Below are positions 62,153-64,000 of a stretch of 64,000 nucleotides of DNA, in pieces. This DNA comes from Squalus acanthias. Its lineage: Eukaryota. The position numbers and the translations under genes are program-made. The stretch covers positions 123,692,001 to 123,756,000 of the forward strand of contig CM059431.1 in assembly GCA_030390025.1 (NCBI GenBank), in the 5' to 3' direction. Under the pieces are notes generated by a model that saw only the letters and a program-made list of their open reading frames with translations, made no database searches and was not told where the DNA came from. Positions within the stretch are counted from its first letter, which is position 1, and every line of letters begins with the position of its first letter.

Positions 62153-63716
62153 TGTAAGGGGTCACGGTACTGGTGCGAGGTGAGGCCTTCGTTGCCTATA
62201 CTATTGCTTGCTCTGGTCTCCGGCCAGACTTTTTGCAATAAGCACCTGTGAGTGGTTCGACCCACTCGCCCTTACGGTTCTGACACCTGGACTTAGATGC
62301 AAGGCGCAGTAATGCAGAGAAAAGACTCAAATAGACCAGGTTGAATAGCACAAAATGAATATCTTTATTGCATGGCGTCTAAAATCATGAAATACATGTC
62401 ATAGGCGCAGATCAAAGAGAGTACAAGTATACACACGTTCATAAAACTTGGTCTATGGAAATGGGGAACACACGACACATCGTAAAAGGGGGAACACATT
62501 ATACATTAACCTTAGAAAACCACCCTCCCTTAATATACCTAAACTACGTCTGGATTTGTAGGATCAGAAAACATGCTCACCACTCGGCTCACTTCGGAAA
62601 TTTAAAGTGAGGCACTCAGCTTGTTTTGCTACAGCGCCTGATCGTCACGTGGTTGTAAGAGTTTCTGCACCCTACTTGTTTACTCTCGCTGCCGCGAAAG
62701 GTAAGCCAGATTCCCCGATGTCATGAAGTGGTCGATGGATTCAGACCGGATCGTGGAGTAGTCCGTAGAATTCAAAGATGGATTCTGTCATTATATCTTC
62801 GGGCGTGGTCGGGGTTTACTGACCGCGGCAGCACGTGGAATTTCTTCTCGTCTTTCTTCTGGTTGCTCGGGCCTCTGGGTCCGGACACCGTTTACCGACG
62901 CTCGGGATGGTGTACCCTGTTACTTGCCCTGTCGAGGCGGCTCGTTCCGATTGAGCTCCACCCAACACTCGAATAACCGACCAGCACGGCGAAAAGTCAA
63001 GAGCCAAGAGAGCCCGAGAGGGTCCAGCCCGAGAGAGAGAGAGAGTCAAGGAAGAGCCCAGGAAGAGAGAGAGAGCGATGGACATTTGTTCCCTATAGTT
63101 ATACTGCTTTGTCGGCCTTATCTCCCGCTCAAATCTAAACGTTTATTCTTTGTGTGATTTTGGCGCCCAAAACTCCCAGCATGGGGCGATTATCTTCTTA
63201 ACGGGTTTCGGTAACACCTGAAACTGGCCAACTATCCGTTAATACCTTCTCCATTGTTGAGCCAGCCAGGATGTGTATGAATCGTCTCCTCGACTGGTTT
63301 TGGGGCCCCCCGAATACTGGCTTAATCACCCGCCAATGTCTCTCTCATTGTTGAGCCGGGGGGGTATTTGTGTATTGATGTGTCTGGATGGGTTCTCGAT
63401 GGCCCAGTTCAATGATCCTTACTGTGCGTATGAAACGATTCCAGCACTTATATCATTGTTATTGTCCAGGATGCAAACGGGTTGCATCCTGCCTTTTCAA
63501 TGTGTACCGAGTATGATCCGATCTCATACTGAATGTATATTCGACGCCATCTTGTCTGCCCACTGTGTCTCTGGAAGCTTCTGCCACGATGCGCGGCGGC
63601 CATTTTACAGGCTTCTGTGTCCTTTATTATCAGGGCAGCATTTCGTTTAATAAAAATGATCAATTGAACCTGCTTCTCTCATATTATTTTGAATCGCGAT
63701 AATTGCGAAACTCTAC
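62153..63716 (-). mobile_element. LTR, family B copy 2 (terminal base displaced by a MITE)
   Basis: Begins TGTAAGGG, ends GCGAAACTCTAC; reverse complement of 47119-49258 without the SINE; minus-strand AATAAA at 62364-62369; right TSD outside the window. Confidence 0.88.
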
Positions 63717-64000
63717 GGGGGAAAAATTCAGCTGCTTGCGCCTCCCGTTAGCGCCTTAAATGGGCGCTAATGGGGCGTAAAGCAGCTAACGCCCGGGCGC
63801 AGCGCTGCCCACGCCTCCCGAAAAATTTAGTGGGAGGTTAGCGGCGGCGGCAGCCGGTAGCGCCCTGTGGCGCTGCGCCGCCGGCGATGACGTCATCGCC
63901 GTGCGCAGCGCCCCGCTCGCGCCCCGGCCGTGATCTTCAGTCGCGCCCCCTGATTTACCGCCAGACGCTATGTCCGACGGGTTCAGGGGGGCGTACGTGC
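63717..64000 (-). mobile_element. MITE family M2 copy, runs off the window
   Basis: Closely similar to 50587-50870. Confidence 0.9.

Noticed and set aside
47119..63716. One 16.6-kb element bounded by giant inverted repeats
   Set aside because: B1 has its own TSD on both sides and the copies are clearly diverged; they are independent LTRs in opposite orientation.

Overview
Eukaryotic, transposon-dense, apparently intronic or intergenic DNA. It is most likely from a cartilaginous fish, inferred from HE1/V-type and Deu-type SINEs, esterase-ORF1 CR1 LINEs and GIY-YIG Penelope elements. No intact host protein-coding gene can be called; almost every recognisable ORF is a decayed transposon frame. 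The window holds CR1 LINEs (one near full length), CR1/L2-group LINEs, an RTE LINE with a twin-priming inversion, and two Penelope copies plus an inverted Penelope terminal pair carrying minimal hammerhead ribozyme cores. It also holds many PIF/Harbinger derivatives (transposase and Myb-like remnants, several MITE families with 3-bp TSDs), a pogo/Tigger-like MITE, and four long solo LTRs (three with verified 4-bp TSDs). The most interesting signal is that the four LTRs form two otherwise dissimilar families yet share terminal att-like sequence and a structured U5 box complementary to a tRNA T-loop. One strong orphan 99-nt candidate exon lies on the minus strand. Boundaries with TSDs are exact; others are approximate. 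Family names come from motif recognition, not database searches.
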